From contig NC_009925.1 of the NCBI RefSeq assembly GCF_000018105.1, positions 420,001 through 452,000 on the forward strand: DNA of 32,000 bases, given 5' to 3'. The notes beneath the pieces were generated by a model. That model was not told the origin of the DNA. It was given only the letters and a program-made list of their open reading frames with translations, and searched no databases. The translations under genes and the position numbers were made by a program. Each line of letters begins with the position of its first letter. Positions within the stretch are counted from its first letter, which is position 1. Of this stretch, positions 10,261-18,278 are shown piece after piece. Origin of the DNA: Acaryochloris marina MBIC11017 (GTDB lineage: Bacteria; Cyanobacteriota; Cyanobacteriia; Thermosynechococcales; Thermosynechococcaceae).

Positions 10261-11292
10261 CTAGGCCACGGTGCCGAGGGGTTGGGCGTCAACGTAGTCT
10301 TGGATAAAGTGCAGCAGTTGGGGGTGTGCGGCTAGGGGCAGGTCCAGTTTGTGAACTTGGGCCAATAGCTGGTCTGTGGTCCATTGCTGATGAACGGCTT
10401 CGTAGAGCAATGCCATCGCACCAGAGCGTAACCCTCCTTTGCAATGCAAGAGAATGGGTTTGGATAGCTGATCTATGATCGTCAACACTTGTTCAGCCGT
10501 GGCCTCTGAGAGGTCTGCTGGATTAATGGGTAGATTGGCATAGTTCATGCCTGCGCTGTGCACAAGTTGGGACTCATTGATGAGAAAGCCGTCTTCCTGA
10601 GGCGATCTCAAATTCAATACAGACTTAAACCCCAGTTGGGCCGCATCTTGAATCTGGTCAGGGGTTGGCTGGAGCATAGCGACGGAGAGCTGCTCATTGA
10701 TTTGAAGGGTATATTGCATGAGATTTTCCGGTGTAGGGTGGTCATCAAAGGTATCCGCCTTGACCCACCAGGGGCGGTCCCCGGTGCGTGGGTCAAGCTC
10801 GGTCCAAGGCAGAATCCAGATTTGTTCACCTTCAACTTGGACATGCACCAACTTGAGGGGTCGATCGGCAGGACCGCGCACCACGGAACCATCGGCTGCA
10901 AAGCGAGATCCGTGGCAAGGACATTGAAATTGATCGGCAGCACCATTCCAGGGAAATGTGCAGCCTAAATGGGTGCAGTTATCGACGATGCCCCGATCCT
11001 CAATTTGACCTGTGATCGTCAGGGTTAAATAGGTCGGTTCACTATCTAGTCCTGCCACGAGGGCACGAGTGCCAGGCGGTTCTGCCAAGAGTTGACTAGT
11101 GGGGATGGGGTTGCCCAGGGCATCCTTTGCTAGAACCCGCCCCGCCCCTCTGCTGGAGTTTGGGGGTACAAAAACACGACTGATGGGATAGAGGGTTGCA
11201 CCTGCCGTGATGGCTACCGCCGACCCGGTCAAGAAATTGAGAAACCGTCGCCGGGAGAGAGAGGGCTGAGAAATAGATAAACTCTCGTTCAT
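10261..11292 (-). CDS. Fusion protein: Tat-signal PetC-type (cytochrome b6f) Rieske iron-sulfur protein + C-terminal DUF442 (PTP-like sulfurtransferase) domain
   Basis: N-terminal half: [24 protein letters not shown] (twin-arginine signal plus TM helix), AKDALGNPI, Rieske boxes CTHLGC and [12 protein letters not shown], and [14 protein letters not shown], which is a b6f PetC-type C-terminus. C-terminal ~150 aa: [32 protein letters not shown] (DUF442-like HCxxGxRS loop). GGAGA lies upstream of the ATG. Confidence 0.85.
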   Translation of the reverse strand: MNESLSISQPSLSRRRFLNFLTGSAVAITAGATLYPISRVFVPPNSSRGAGRVLAKDALGNPIPTSQLLAEPPGTRALVAGLDSEPTYLTLTITGQIEDRGIVDNCTHLGCTFPWNGAADQFQCPCHGSRFAADGSVVRGPADRPLKLVHVQVEGEQIWILPWTELDPRTGDRPWWVKADTFDDHPTPENLMQYTLQINEQLSVAMLQPTPDQIQDAAQLGFKSVLNLRSPQEDGFLINESQLVHSAGMNYANLPINPADLSEATAEQVLTIIDQLSKPILLHCKGGLRSGAMALLYEAVHQQWTTDQLLAQVHKLDLPLAAHPQLLHFIQDYVDAQPLGTVA

Positions 11293-11322
11293 AGAGATTC
11301 TCCGAGCTGAGGGTGGGTAGAG

Positions 11323-11535
11323 TTATTGGGAAAGTTGACGAGCATTAGTGTGAATCCCCAACAATCGATAAATCGGACAGAACCCCAGTAAGGCGGTAAA
11401 GGTTGGAATTGCGGCTGCGATCGCTAACCCCATACCGAGGGTTGAGCCGCTATAGGTGCCTAATCCTAAATAAAGTAGTAATCCACCCAAACCTATTCGA
11501 AACAGGCGATCCATTAAGCCCAGATTTTTGGTCAT
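11323..11535 (-). CDS. DUF2892 / YgaP-like small membrane protein
   Basis: 70 aa. The pattern GLMDRLFRIGLGGLLL...LLGFCPIYRLLGI is typical of the YgaP-like transmembrane domain. A strong AGGAGG lies upstream. This is the first gene of the minus-strand operon. Confidence 0.7.
   Translation of the reverse strand: MTKNLGLMDRLFRIGLGGLLLYLGLGTYSGSTLGMGLAIAAAIPTFTALLGFCPIYRLLGIHTNARQLSQ
11417..11424. repeat. HIP1 octamer GCGATCGC
   Basis: Exact match read in the sequence. Confidence 0.95.
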
Positions 11536-11584
11536 CTTTTTTGCCTCCTAGATTTGTAGAGTGATAAGCAAGATGATATTAATC

Positions 11585-11600
11585 ATTATATAACTATATA
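11585..11600 (-). promoter_or_regulatory. Candidate promoter/operator 16-mer TATATAGTTATATAAT (read on the minus strand) upstream of the DUF2892-Rieske-rhodanese-psbA operon
   Basis: Identical at 16/16 positions to 21262-21277 upstream of arsR, in the same orientation relative to the downstream gene. Its 3' hexamer is a consensus -10 TATAAT, 49 nt before ATG 11535. Confidence 0.5.
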
Positions 11601-11854
11601 GTAATTAAAGCAATATATTCTTTAAATGACATTCTGTAAGTCTTGCCAGCCCTATTCTTATTTAGCGGTTTAGACGTTGTATTTGACGACTGTTTGGACT
11701 AAATAAAATTCTCTAAAAGTATCTTTTATGTACTTCAAGACCTTTCTAAGTCTAGATCAGTCTCCTTCAGATTCATCAACAGTATCCTCTGGTGAAAGCG
11801 GAGTTGATGCTGCAAGCAGGAATGGCCTGATGAAATTAAATTTGACTATATTGC

Positions 11855-11870
11855 TATTTAGTTATATATT
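11855..11870 (+). promoter_or_regulatory. Related site TATTTAGTTATATATT on the sqr side of the divergent region
   Basis: Matches the shared 16-mer at 14/16 positions and is oriented toward sqr. It lies 196 nt upstream of ATG 12067. Confidence 0.3.
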
Positions 11871-12066
11871 GAAGATCAGCTTAAAATCGAATGATTAGTA
11901 TCAAAGCTCAGGTCTTGTTTTATCTCTAGTGCTGCTTGCAGTGACCTATCTAGTACAACCCGCTTGCTCCAAGCCTATGGAGATTTAGAAGAAGGCTAGC
12001 CCCCTTCAACCTGCGCAACTTAATTAATTGAAATCCTTTTCAGACCGACCTTTGAGAGGTTTATAT

Positions 12067-13377
12067 ATGGCTCATATTGTTGTCATTGGAGCAGGATTGG
12101 CAGGATTGCCGACTGCCTATGAGTTGAGGTACCTGTTACCTAGTCAGCATCAAATTACCCTGATCTCCAATACCTCTAAATTCACATTTATTCCATCCCT
12201 TCCTTGGGTCGCGCTAGGGCTGATCCCCTTGGCTAAGATTCAGTTAGAACTGGAGGAGTTGGTGATTCAACAGGGAATAAGATGGCTCCCTGAAGCGGTG
12301 GTTCACCTGAATCCTCGGACTCAAACTGTTTATACAGATTCTCAGTCTTTGGCCTATGACTACGTCGTCATTGCCACCGGAGCCGAGTTAGCCTTGGATA
12401 CGGTATCCGGCCTGGGACCAGAGCAGGGCTTTACCCAGTCGATTTGCAATCCTCACCATGCTTTAATGGCCAACAGTGCTTGGCAAAATTTTTTACAGAA
12501 TCCGGGTCCTTTAGTGGTGGGGGCAGTGCCCGGGGCAAGCTGTTTTGGCCCTGCCTATGAGTTTGCCTTATTAGCCGATTACACTCTTCGCCAGCAAGGG
12601 TTGCGGGATCAAGTTTCCCTTACATTTGTGACACCGGAACCCTATGCGGGGCATTTGGGGATTGGCGGCATGGCAAATTCTAGCCAGCTCGTGACGGAGT
12701 TGATGGCGGCCAGAGACGTGGCAGTTTTGGAGAATACCGCCATCGACTCCGTCACATCTCAGGAGATTATTTTGGCCAATGGCGACGCGGTGCCCTTCCA
12801 GTACGCTATGTTGCTGCCGCAGTTTCGAGGGCCTGGCTTTGTTCGTGAGACAGCGGGGTTAGGGGATACCAAGGGGTTTCTGCCCATATTGCCCACCTAT
12901 CAGCATCCTGTTTTTCCCTCAGTGTTTAGTGCAGGTGTTGTCACTCAATTAGCACCACCAGAGGTAACTCCGATAGCAATCGGGGTGCCAAAAACTGGAC
13001 AAATGGTTGAAGCAATGGGGATGGCAGTGGCTCACAATATTGCCCTGGCCTTAGGGGCCATCTCAGATCAGCCTGTTACCCCCACCTTAGAAGCCATCTG
13101 CTTTGCAGACTTTGGAGATACAGGATTACTCTTTTTGGCGGACCCCGTTCTGCCTGATCCAGTGACGGGACGGCGACGCCGCGCCATTACCCTAGGGGGG
13201 CGTTGGGTGGGTTGGTTGAAAACAGCATTTGAACGCTATTTTCTAGCCAAAATGCGCTGGGGAGCTGCCGTCCCTTGGTTTGAGCGCTTGGGGCTTCGGG
13301 CCGCGGGTTTTTCTTTGTTAGAGGCCGCTCCTTCGACGGAACCTGACTCGGTACGCGAGGACGTCCTGATTCATTGA
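12067..13377 (+). CDS. sqr: Sulfide:quinone oxidoreductase, type I
   Basis: MAHIVVIGAGLAG FAD fold. Colinear with Rhodobacter and Oscillatoria SQR as recalled, including the three conserved Cys contexts TQSIC, GASCFGPAYEF and AICFADFGD, plus GVPKTGQM and ERYFL. ATG 12067 follows GAGAGG. The track start at 12028 is a TTG extension. Confidence 0.93.
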   Translation: MAHIVVIGAGLAGLPTAYELRYLLPSQHQITLISNTSKFTFIPSLPWVALGLIPLAKIQLELEELVIQQGIRWLPEAVVHLNPRTQTVYTDSQSLAYDYVVIATGAELALDTVSGLGPEQGFTQSICNPHHALMANSAWQNFLQNPGPLVVGAVPGASCFGPAYEFALLADYTLRQQGLRDQVSLTFVTPEPYAGHLGIGGMANSSQLVTELMAARDVAVLENTAIDSVTSQEIILANGDAVPFQYAMLLPQFRGPGFVRETAGLGDTKGFLPILPTYQHPVFPSVFSAGVVTQLAPPEVTPIAIGVPKTGQMVEAMGMAVAHNIALALGAISDQPVTPTLEAICFADFGDTGLLFLADPVLPDPVTGRRRRAITLGGRWVGWLKTAFERYFLAKMRWGAAVPWFERLGLRAAGFSLLEAAPSTEPDSVREDVLIH

Positions 13378-13555
13378 GAGCTGACGCGTTCTTTCAATAG
13401 GCATACATGTTGATTCCCCTGCAATGGATCAACTTACTCTGCGAGCTAGCGCTTTATGCTTTTCAGTTGACCAAGGGATTTCTAGCACTATCTCAGAATC
13501 TAAGAAAGGTAGATTTTTTTACCAATACTGCTGATATGGAGGGTATGGAGTCATT

Positions 13556-14902
13556 GTGATCGATGTTTTGACTCAAAGAATAGGGGCGAGGCCGAGACTT
13601 CCACGCTGGAGTGCTTTAGCATTGCTCTTGGCGGTATCAAGTGGAGCAGCCTGGTGGGTTTTTAATCTACGTCTATCCCGAGAGACACCGACGGTTGCTG
13701 CGCATTCGCCGATGGTCGTGAAGACTGCGATCGCAACTCGGCAACCCATAGCCATAGATCGGATCCTTACAGGCACCGTTGAATCATCTGAAGCGGTCAC
13801 TCTGACCAGTCGAGTCATGGGCCAAATTCGGCAGCTGACGGTGCGCGAAGGAGATATCGTTCAAGCGGGACAACGGATCGCTGAAATCGATGTCCGCGAT
13901 ATTCAAGCCCAACAGCAGCAAGCAACTGCGGCGATTCCTCAAGCGCAATCAGCAGTCAGTATTGCCCACTCAGCGAAACTGACCGCCCAAGCGCAAAAAA
14001 GTCAGGCCCAAGCTCGTGTCCAAGAGGCTCAAGCTCAACTGACCGAAGCGCAAGCCGAACTCGCAGATGCCCAACTCCATCAACAAAGGATGGTGATGCT
14101 AAGGCGAGAAGGAGCGGTGAGCCAATCTCGTTTGGATGAGGCGAATACGCGCTTGTCGGTGATTCAGGCTCGTATCAGTCAAGCGAAAGCCGGACTGACT
14201 CAATCCCGCACGACGGTGAGGCAAGCCCAGGCTGCCGTGGTTCAGGCCCAAGCTCAAATCCGTCAAGCTCAAGCCCAAGTTGAACAAGCTCAGGCTCAAG
14301 TGAAACAAACTCAAGCCAACCTTGACTATGGGACTGTGATTGCCCCCTTCACAGGCGTGATCAGGCATAAATACACCGAAGTGGGGGCAATGGCAGGTCC
14401 CGGCGAATCAATTGTGAAGTTAGAACGCAGCGGTCATCTGAGACTGAGTGTTGATGCTCCTGAATCTCTGGTAGGCCAAATTCAACGAGGCAAATCCGTC
14501 TTAGTTCAAATCGACGCGCTTAATCGCCAGATCGCAGGCCGCATTAATCAAATCATCCCTGCTGCTGATCCCAGATCTCGAAACTTCACCGTTAAGATCG
14601 CCTTGAAGCCAAACCAAGACTTGCTACCAGGCATGTTTGGTCGATTACAGTTCAGCTCCATTACTCGTCAAAATGCTGCTGCTCGCCAGGGTCTCATGAT
14701 TCCTGAAGATGCGATAGTCAAGCAATTTGGCATCACAGGGGTCTTCAAAGTCGTAGGCCAGCAGGCTCAGTTTAATCCTATTACCACGGGACAGATTGAG
14801 GGCAAAACAGTGGAGGTCTATTCAGGACTAGAGAGGGGAGATCGCATCATTGTCAATCCCAGCCCCAAACTTGAGAACGGAACGGCTCTTCAAGTGAGTT
14901 AG
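13556..14902 (+). CDS. RND/HlyD-family periplasmic adaptor (membrane fusion protein)
   Basis: N-terminal TM anchor, a lipoyl-like segment (VREGDIVQAGQRIAEID), a long Q/A-rich coiled-coil hairpin, then APFTGVI and beta-barrel segments. GTG start after GGAG. Confidence 0.85.
   Translation: MIDVLTQRIGARPRLPRWSALALLLAVSSGAAWWVFNLRLSRETPTVAAHSPMVVKTAIATRQPIAIDRILTGTVESSEAVTLTSRVMGQIRQLTVREGDIVQAGQRIAEIDVRDIQAQQQQATAAIPQAQSAVSIAHSAKLTAQAQKSQAQARVQEAQAQLTEAQAELADAQLHQQRMVMLRREGAVSQSRLDEANTRLSVIQARISQAKAGLTQSRTTVRQAQAAVVQAQAQIRQAQAQVEQAQAQVKQTQANLDYGTVIAPFTGVIRHKYTEVGAMAGPGESIVKLERSGHLRLSVDAPESLVGQIQRGKSVLVQIDALNRQIAGRINQIIPAADPRSRNFTVKIALKPNQDLLPGMFGRLQFSSITRQNAAARQGLMIPEDAIVKQFGITGVFKVVGQQAQFNPITTGQIEGKTVEVYSGLERGDRIIVNPSPKLENGTALQVS
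13727..13734. repeat. HIP1 octamer GCGATCGC
   Basis: Exact match read in the sequence. Confidence 0.95.
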
Positions 14903-15181
14903 AGAGGGAGAAAGTGATGCACCCATCCCATCGAATTCTAGTCGGCAGCCTTATTGCCTTGTTAATGCTTAGTTTTTAGTCCCCATTAGCCCGAACTCAG
15001 ACCCATGCAACAGAAATCGCCCATGTAGTTATAGAAGTTGAGTCAATAGATATCCTACGTTCCCATCTGACGTCCACCTTAGAAAGACAGACTAAAGTAC
15101 CAACGCTGCGAACTTATAACACAATCATGTGGGTCGACCCCCACCCTGACAAACCATCTACTCCCAAAGGAGGTTATTCAA

Positions 15182-15634
15182 ATGAAGTGGATTCATTTGT
15201 TCATATCGATTGCCCTGTTGACTAGCACGATATTTATGGCTCCAGCCTATGCCCAAAACACGTCCTCCGACTCTGCTTCTGTCAATACTGTCAGCATCCG
15301 AAGACCTCGGCACTTCAACCCCGCCATTGTTGAAACTCTCAGTGGCAAAATTGTTCGGGTTGATCGGGTTGCTAGTCCAGGTCGTCGATCTGGAAAGGGG
15401 GTACATTTATCTCTGCAAACGTCTGAAGAAACTGTGGATGTTCATTTAGGACCCTCCTGGTATCTGGATGAACAGCAATTGAATCTCAAATCTGGCGATC
15501 CGGTCGAAGTCACTGGCTCCCGAGTCACTGATGCCAGCCCGCCCGCGATCATTGCCACCCAAGTGAAATCAGGGGATACCGTTCTCAACCTCAGAGATGA
15601 AAGCGGTCAGCCTACCTGGAGAGGTATGGAGTGA
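15182..15634 (+). CDS. Secreted hypothetical protein (cleavable signal peptide, small beta-rich domain)
   Basis: Signal peptide MKWIHLFISIALLTSTIFMAPAYA/QN. Strong AAGGAGG Shine-Dalgarno. The function is not recognisable with confidence; the fold may be OB-like. Confidence 0.55.
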   Translation: MKWIHLFISIALLTSTIFMAPAYAQNTSSDSASVNTVSIRRPRHFNPAIVETLSGKIVRVDRVASPGRRSGKGVHLSLQTSEETVDVHLGPSWYLDEQQLNLKSGDPVEVTGSRVTDASPPAIIATQVKSGDTVLNLRDESGQPTWRGME

Positions 15635-15681
15635 GGTAGGAACCTTTAAAAAAAATTATTTTACATGATGAGGTTAACCTA

Positions 15682-16089
15682 ATGAGCGACCTTTTTTCCC
15701 CTACATGGATGCAGGCTTATCTCAATCAATGGAATGCTGAACCCGAACTGGCCTCTGCCTTAGCAACCATTCATTTTAATTCCACAATTGCTTATGGGTT
15801 TAAGGATGTAGCTATGCCCAAAGGGGTGTTGACTAGCGAAAATGGACGGGCGATCAAAGCCAAGCCTTACATCGATCAACCTTTGAACTGGGACTTGCGA
15901 GCCACTCCAGAAGACTGGCAAAAATGGCAATCCAATGGCTTAAGCATGATGGGGCTAAGCATGGCCTATATGAGCGGCAAGCTCAAGTTTGAGGTGGGCG
16001 ATTATACCTCAATCATTAAAGATCCACGTATGGTGGGGCCTTTCCTGATGTCTTTCTCTGTTATGGGTCGGGTATTGAGCCACGCCTAA
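15682..16089 (+). CDS. SCP2 (sterol-carrier/lipid-binding) domain protein
   Basis: 135 aa. The SCP2-like pattern W..YLN.WN...., DW.KW..G.L....A...GKLKFEGD is degenerate here as GKLKFEVGD. Confidence 0.55.
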   Translation: MSDLFSPTWMQAYLNQWNAEPELASALATIHFNSTIAYGFKDVAMPKGVLTSENGRAIKAKPYIDQPLNWDLRATPEDWQKWQSNGLSMMGLSMAYMSGKLKFEVGDYTSIIKDPRMVGPFLMSFSVMGRVLSHA

Positions 16090-16138
16090 AGATACTTCTT
16101 AATTCTCATCGGTACTCATCTCTTCGAAATTAAAGTCA

Positions 16139-16762
16139 ATGAATACTCAGAATAACCTGCCACCAAAAGCTCTCTTGGATATTCCTCCCGGATATCTGAA
16201 CATCATGGGATATGTTGACGAATCTGAAGTGAATGGTCCCGGTTGTCGAGCTGTCATCTGGATGCAAGGGTGCCATCGGGCCTGCCCTGGTTGTTTCAAC
16301 CCTGACTCATGGTCGTTTGAAATTAACCAGTTAATCGACGTAAAATCTTTGGTCCAGAATGTTCTCAGCAATCCGCGCCATGAAGGCGTCACTTTTTCTG
16401 GTGGAGAGCCCTTCTGGCAAGCTCCTGCCCTCATTGAACTCGCTCATCAAGTCAAGGCTGCTGGATTAAATGTGATGTCATTTACGGGATTTACGTTGGC
16501 TCAGTTACAGGCAGACTCGGCACCCGTCGGTGCCCAAAATCTGCTGGACCAGTTGGATATCCTCATTGATGGCCCATATATCGAAGTTCTCAAAATTCAC
16601 TCCCCAGATTCGCCTGTTGCATCCAGCAATCAGCAGGTTCATATCTTCAATCCATCTCTCCAAGACAAAATCACGTGGGCGAGTGACCAGCTGGAGATTC
16701 ATATTCAACCAGACGGAAGCCGAACCTTTACGGGGTATCACGGCCAGTTGCTCGGGTCTTAA
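16139..16762 (+). CDS. NrdG-like radical-SAM glycyl-radical activating enzyme (anaerobic RNR activase family)
   Basis: Motifs VNGPGCRAVIWMQGCHRACPGCFNPDSW (CX3CX2C), GVTFSGGEPF and the C-terminal LIDGPYI....SSNQ, which is typical of NrdG. No NrdD or other glycyl-radical enzyme is present in the window. Confidence 0.78.
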   Translation: MNTQNNLPPKALLDIPPGYLNIMGYVDESEVNGPGCRAVIWMQGCHRACPGCFNPDSWSFEINQLIDVKSLVQNVLSNPRHEGVTFSGGEPFWQAPALIELAHQVKAAGLNVMSFTGFTLAQLQADSAPVGAQNLLDQLDILIDGPYIEVLKIHSPDSPVASSNQQVHIFNPSLQDKITWASDQLEIHIQPDGSRTFTGYHGQLLGS

Positions 16763-17129
16763 TGAATATCCTGACAGTATCTCTGGGAACAGAAATCTCA
16801 CTCTAGGAGGACAAAGAGTGCTGCCGAGTATTCCATTGAAATGATTGCTACGACCGTCCAACCTGACCATCCAGTCCACCACTATTAATGTCCATCGCTT
16901 ATTAGAAGACTTAACGGGGACTCAGCAGATAGCTCGAGATCTCGTCCTTCAAGAGACCAGATGTGGCCATCATTTATGCTTCAGCACTCAAGTGACTCAA
17001 TAGCCAGCAACGCAAAGCTATCAAAAAGTCTATCGCCCTTAAGAAAGGCAAATGACACACGATTCGTTCGAATTTAGGTTCCAACCCTAGAAACGGCGCA
17101 CTTACTTCTGAACTGATTTGGAAAAAGAC

Positions 17130-18230
17130 ATGAATACACTTCCCCCCCTTCGCATTGGTCAACATATAGCTCGCTATCCCATTATCCAAGGAGGGATGGG
17201 CATCCGTATCTCTGGGGCTAAACTGGCGGCTGCTGTCGCCAATGCAGGTGGTATCGGTATTATCTCTGCCGTGGGTTTAGGACTAAATTCCCCCTACTTT
17301 GACCCCAGCCAGAAAGCAGGACGGCAACGACGAGAGCAATTTTTTACAGCTAATCGATTGGCCCTTATTGACGAATTAAACCTCGCCCGTTCCCTCAGCC
17401 CAGAAGGCATCATTGGCATCAACATTATGGTTGCTGCCAATGATTATGAGACTTTGGTTCGCACCGCTGTCGAACATGGAGTCAACTTAATTATTGCGGG
17501 CGCAGGATTGCCCCTCGGATTGCCTGCTTATACTCAGGCTCACCCCGAAGTGGCGCTGGTGCCAATTGTGTCCACTACACGAGCCGCTAAACTCATCTGT
17601 CAAAAGTGGCAGCGCCAACATCACCGCTTGCCCGATGCCTTCATTGTTGAAAATCCCCAGACGGCAGGGGGGCACCTCGGGGCCAAACTAGAAGATCTCA
17701 ATAGCCCTCGCTTAGCAGCGAAACAGGTGATTCCTGAACTTACAAATTATCTCCAATCGGAAATTAGTGAAGAGATTCCCGTAATTGCAGCGGGTGGTGT
17801 CTGGGACCGAACGGATATTGACTGGATGCTAGCGTTGGGGGCCAGTGGTGTGCAGATGGGGACGCGTTTTATTACCACTAATGAATGCGATGCCGATCGC
17901 CGCTACAAAGAGTTTCACCTTCACGCTCACCCTGAAGATGTAGTCTTAGTGCCTAGCCCCGTAGGAATGCCGGGACGAGCGTTGCGAAATTCTTTTGCTG
18001 AACGAGCAATAGCCAATTCTCCTGATTTAGAGAAGCGTTGTCTGACCAGTTGTTTGCATGTTTGCCGCTGTCGAGATACCCAAGAGACCTACTGCATTGT
18101 GAGGGCATTAGATAGGGCTTCCCAGGGCGATGTCGAAAATGGCTTGATTTTTGCTGGATCCAATGCCGGACGTGCTCAGCAGATCATTCCCGTCGCTGAG
18201 TTGATGCAAGAGCTAACAGCATCCCTTTAA
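17130..18230 (+). CDS. Nitronate monooxygenase / FabK-like FMN oxidoreductase (NMO family) with a Cys-rich C-terminal segment
   Basis: Motifs YPIIQGGMGIRISGAKLAAAVANAGGIGIIS, AGGHLG, AAGGVWD and GVQMGTRF. The C-terminal segment is CLTSCLHVCRCRDTQETYCI. ATG 17130; the track start at 17118 is TTG. Confidence 0.85.
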   Translation: MNTLPPLRIGQHIARYPIIQGGMGIRISGAKLAAAVANAGGIGIISAVGLGLNSPYFDPSQKAGRQRREQFFTANRLALIDELNLARSLSPEGIIGINIMVAANDYETLVRTAVEHGVNLIIAGAGLPLGLPAYTQAHPEVALVPIVSTTRAAKLICQKWQRQHHRLPDAFIVENPQTAGGHLGAKLEDLNSPRLAAKQVIPELTNYLQSEISEEIPVIAAGGVWDRTDIDWMLALGASGVQMGTRFITTNECDADRRYKEFHLHAHPEDVVLVPSPVGMPGRALRNSFAERAIANSPDLEKRCLTSCLHVCRCRDTQETYCIVRALDRASQGDVENGLIFAGSNAGRAQQIIPVAELMQELTASL

Positions 18231-18278
18231 CTCCGTTCCTTATCCTTAGTCCGATTGCACTCATAACTAAAGAGACCG

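Noticed and set aside
10558-10968. Antisense or overlapping ORFs in the track: 10558-10968(+), 10614-10946(-), 16505-16882(-), 18492-18863(-), 30119-30475(-), 30896-31306(-), 5692-5973(-), 14099-14368(-), 19146-19406(-) and similar.
   Set aside because: Each lies inside or opposite a gene with strong family motifs, has no recognisable motifs of its own, and has odd composition. These are shadow ORFs.
13900-14320. Periodic CAAGC(T/C)CA(A/G)GC-type DNA repeats.
   Set aside because: They encode the Q/A-rich coiled-coil hairpin of the membrane fusion protein (AQAQ.. heptads). This is coding low complexity, not a repeat element or a CRISPR-like array.
14977-14979. The in-frame TAG could be programmed read-through or recoding.
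   Set aside because: No recoding context or machinery is evident. A pseudogene or a sequencing error is the parsimonious explanation.
15022-15037. Further copies of the 16-mer motif: CATGTAGTTATAGAAG at 15022-15037 (12/16) and CATATAGTTATTATTA at 23784-23799 (10/16).
   Set aside because: The match quality is within what AT-rich DNA yields by chance. I mention them only as weak candidates and do not call them as features.
16841-16888. The 15-codon ORF MIATTVQPDHPVHHY downstream of the radical-SAM gene could be a RiPP precursor.
   Set aside because: It has no convincing Shine-Dalgarno and no Cys/Ser/Thr-rich core. The radical-SAM protein is clearly NrdG-type (an activase) rather than SPASM/RiPP-type. 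An ORF this short is expected by chance.
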